Shown: piece by piece, positions 63,001 to 64,000 of the stretch
Position numbering within the stretch: position 1 is the first letter of the stretch
How the letters are laid out: each line of letters begins with the position of its first letter
DNA from: Tubiluchus corallicola
Taxonomy: Eukaryota; Animalia; Priapulida
Length of the DNA: 64,000 nt
Direction of reading: 5' to 3'
Assembly (NCBI GenBank): GCA_030141605.1
Contig: JAQGDQ010000069.1
Coordinates: 625,126 to 689,125 of the forward strand
Made by a program: the position numbers and the translations under genes
The notes under the pieces: model-generated
Seen by the model: the letters and a program-made list of their open reading frames with translations, nothing else
Database searches by the model: none
What the model was told of the DNA's origin: nothing

Positions 63001-64000
63001 CGTTCAGCATTTATACACCTGCGGGTTTTTTAAAATTAGTTTAGCTTTCTTTTTATCGTCATATAATAATCATGGAGAGATACATATTCTTGCTTGACGA
63101 CTCCAACCTACAATTACAATGTCTAAACTTACCTAATGTTATAAAAAGTGTTTTATTGAATGTCATTATGCTAATAACATTATTTTGAGTTAAAGGAAAG
63201 TGTCAGCAAAAATCAGTTTATCAACAGCAATACGTACAAAACGGATGAAATGTTTTAACATTAACGTTCACCATTTCCATATTTAGAAATATAAAACAGC
63301 GATCGATGCTATGCTGAGTTGTTTCGGTTGTGCTGCTTTTTATAGGTTTTGTGTTGATAATTTCAATAAAATCATTAATAAGTTGCACACAATTTCTTAT
63401 AAATAAACCGTTCTTTTGCGACAGTTATAGATTGTAACAACTAACGTACTGGTTAAAAAGTTAAAGCAAAAAAAGTTGAAGCATAGATAAAATCTCTGTC
63501 ATTTATATTTCGCTTGCTGAGAAAAAACAAAACACAAACGTTTGCTTGACTCATAAAAAGACCGCAACATTCTTCATAGTCACGAGGCTTTTATAATGTC
63601 AAGTATTATTTTGTTATAAACTAGTAATATGGGTAAAATTAACCACATTATTCATTACGTTTTTTAAACAGAAATGTCGCGATTTTAATAAGAAGTGGCA
63701 AGTTTTTTAACTACTTTAACAAAATTAACTATATAATTCAGAAAATTCAGCTGCACATGAATGGTTTGGCTATATTTTTGTGGCAGTATGTTACGTACGT
63801 AAGAAAAGCTTGAATCACGGAAACTAATGAAAAGTATTATGGAGATAACAACTCAATATACTTGCGCTGTCTTTTTGTTGAATGTAAAATTCAACAAATT
63901 CTAAATTTCTGGTCAAATTTCCGTATACCAACAATCGAAAACAACTAAAATAATGATTAAAAATTGTGTTTGTGTTAAAATAAACTCTATGACTTTTCTT

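Noticed and set aside
1-64000. CRISPR arrays, tRNA, rRNA or prokaryotic operons
   Set aside because: No repeat-spacer array, cloverleaf or rRNA-like sequence was seen; the window is intron-containing eukaryotic DNA.

Overview
This is AT-rich eukaryotic genomic DNA from an invertebrate bilaterian, judged by its spliceosomal introns and gene content; the taxon cannot be fixed from sequence alone. Five protein-coding loci are supported. (1) The 3' exons of a MICU2/3-type mitochondrial calcium uptake EF-hand gene (+, 1328-4630, terminal exon unresolved). (2) A complete 8-exon classical short-chain dehydrogenase/reductase (-, 19681-9831, about 270 aa), convergent with MICU. (3) An intronless rhodopsin-like GPCR (+, 14498-15544) nested antisense inside SDR intron 5. 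(4) A CCDC89-like coiled-coil gene (-, 26438-25503). (5) The 5' part of a GATA1/2/3 transcription factor gene (+, coding exons 44939-45149, 48583-49164 and 59858-60003); the second zinc-finger exon lies beyond the window. About 18 kb upstream of GATA123, and its large introns, carry no recognisable genes but contain GC-richer islands with clustered GATA, E-box, homeodomain and Pbx-Hox/Meis motifs. These islands often abut long microsatellites. The best candidate for an undescribed system is this putative autoregulatory GATA123 landscape, including a promoter packed with CpG-containing CGATA sites; this rests on motifs and is untested. Several MITEs, a degenerate LINE fragment, tandem duplications and microsatellites are also present. 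No rRNA, tRNA or CRISPR array was seen.
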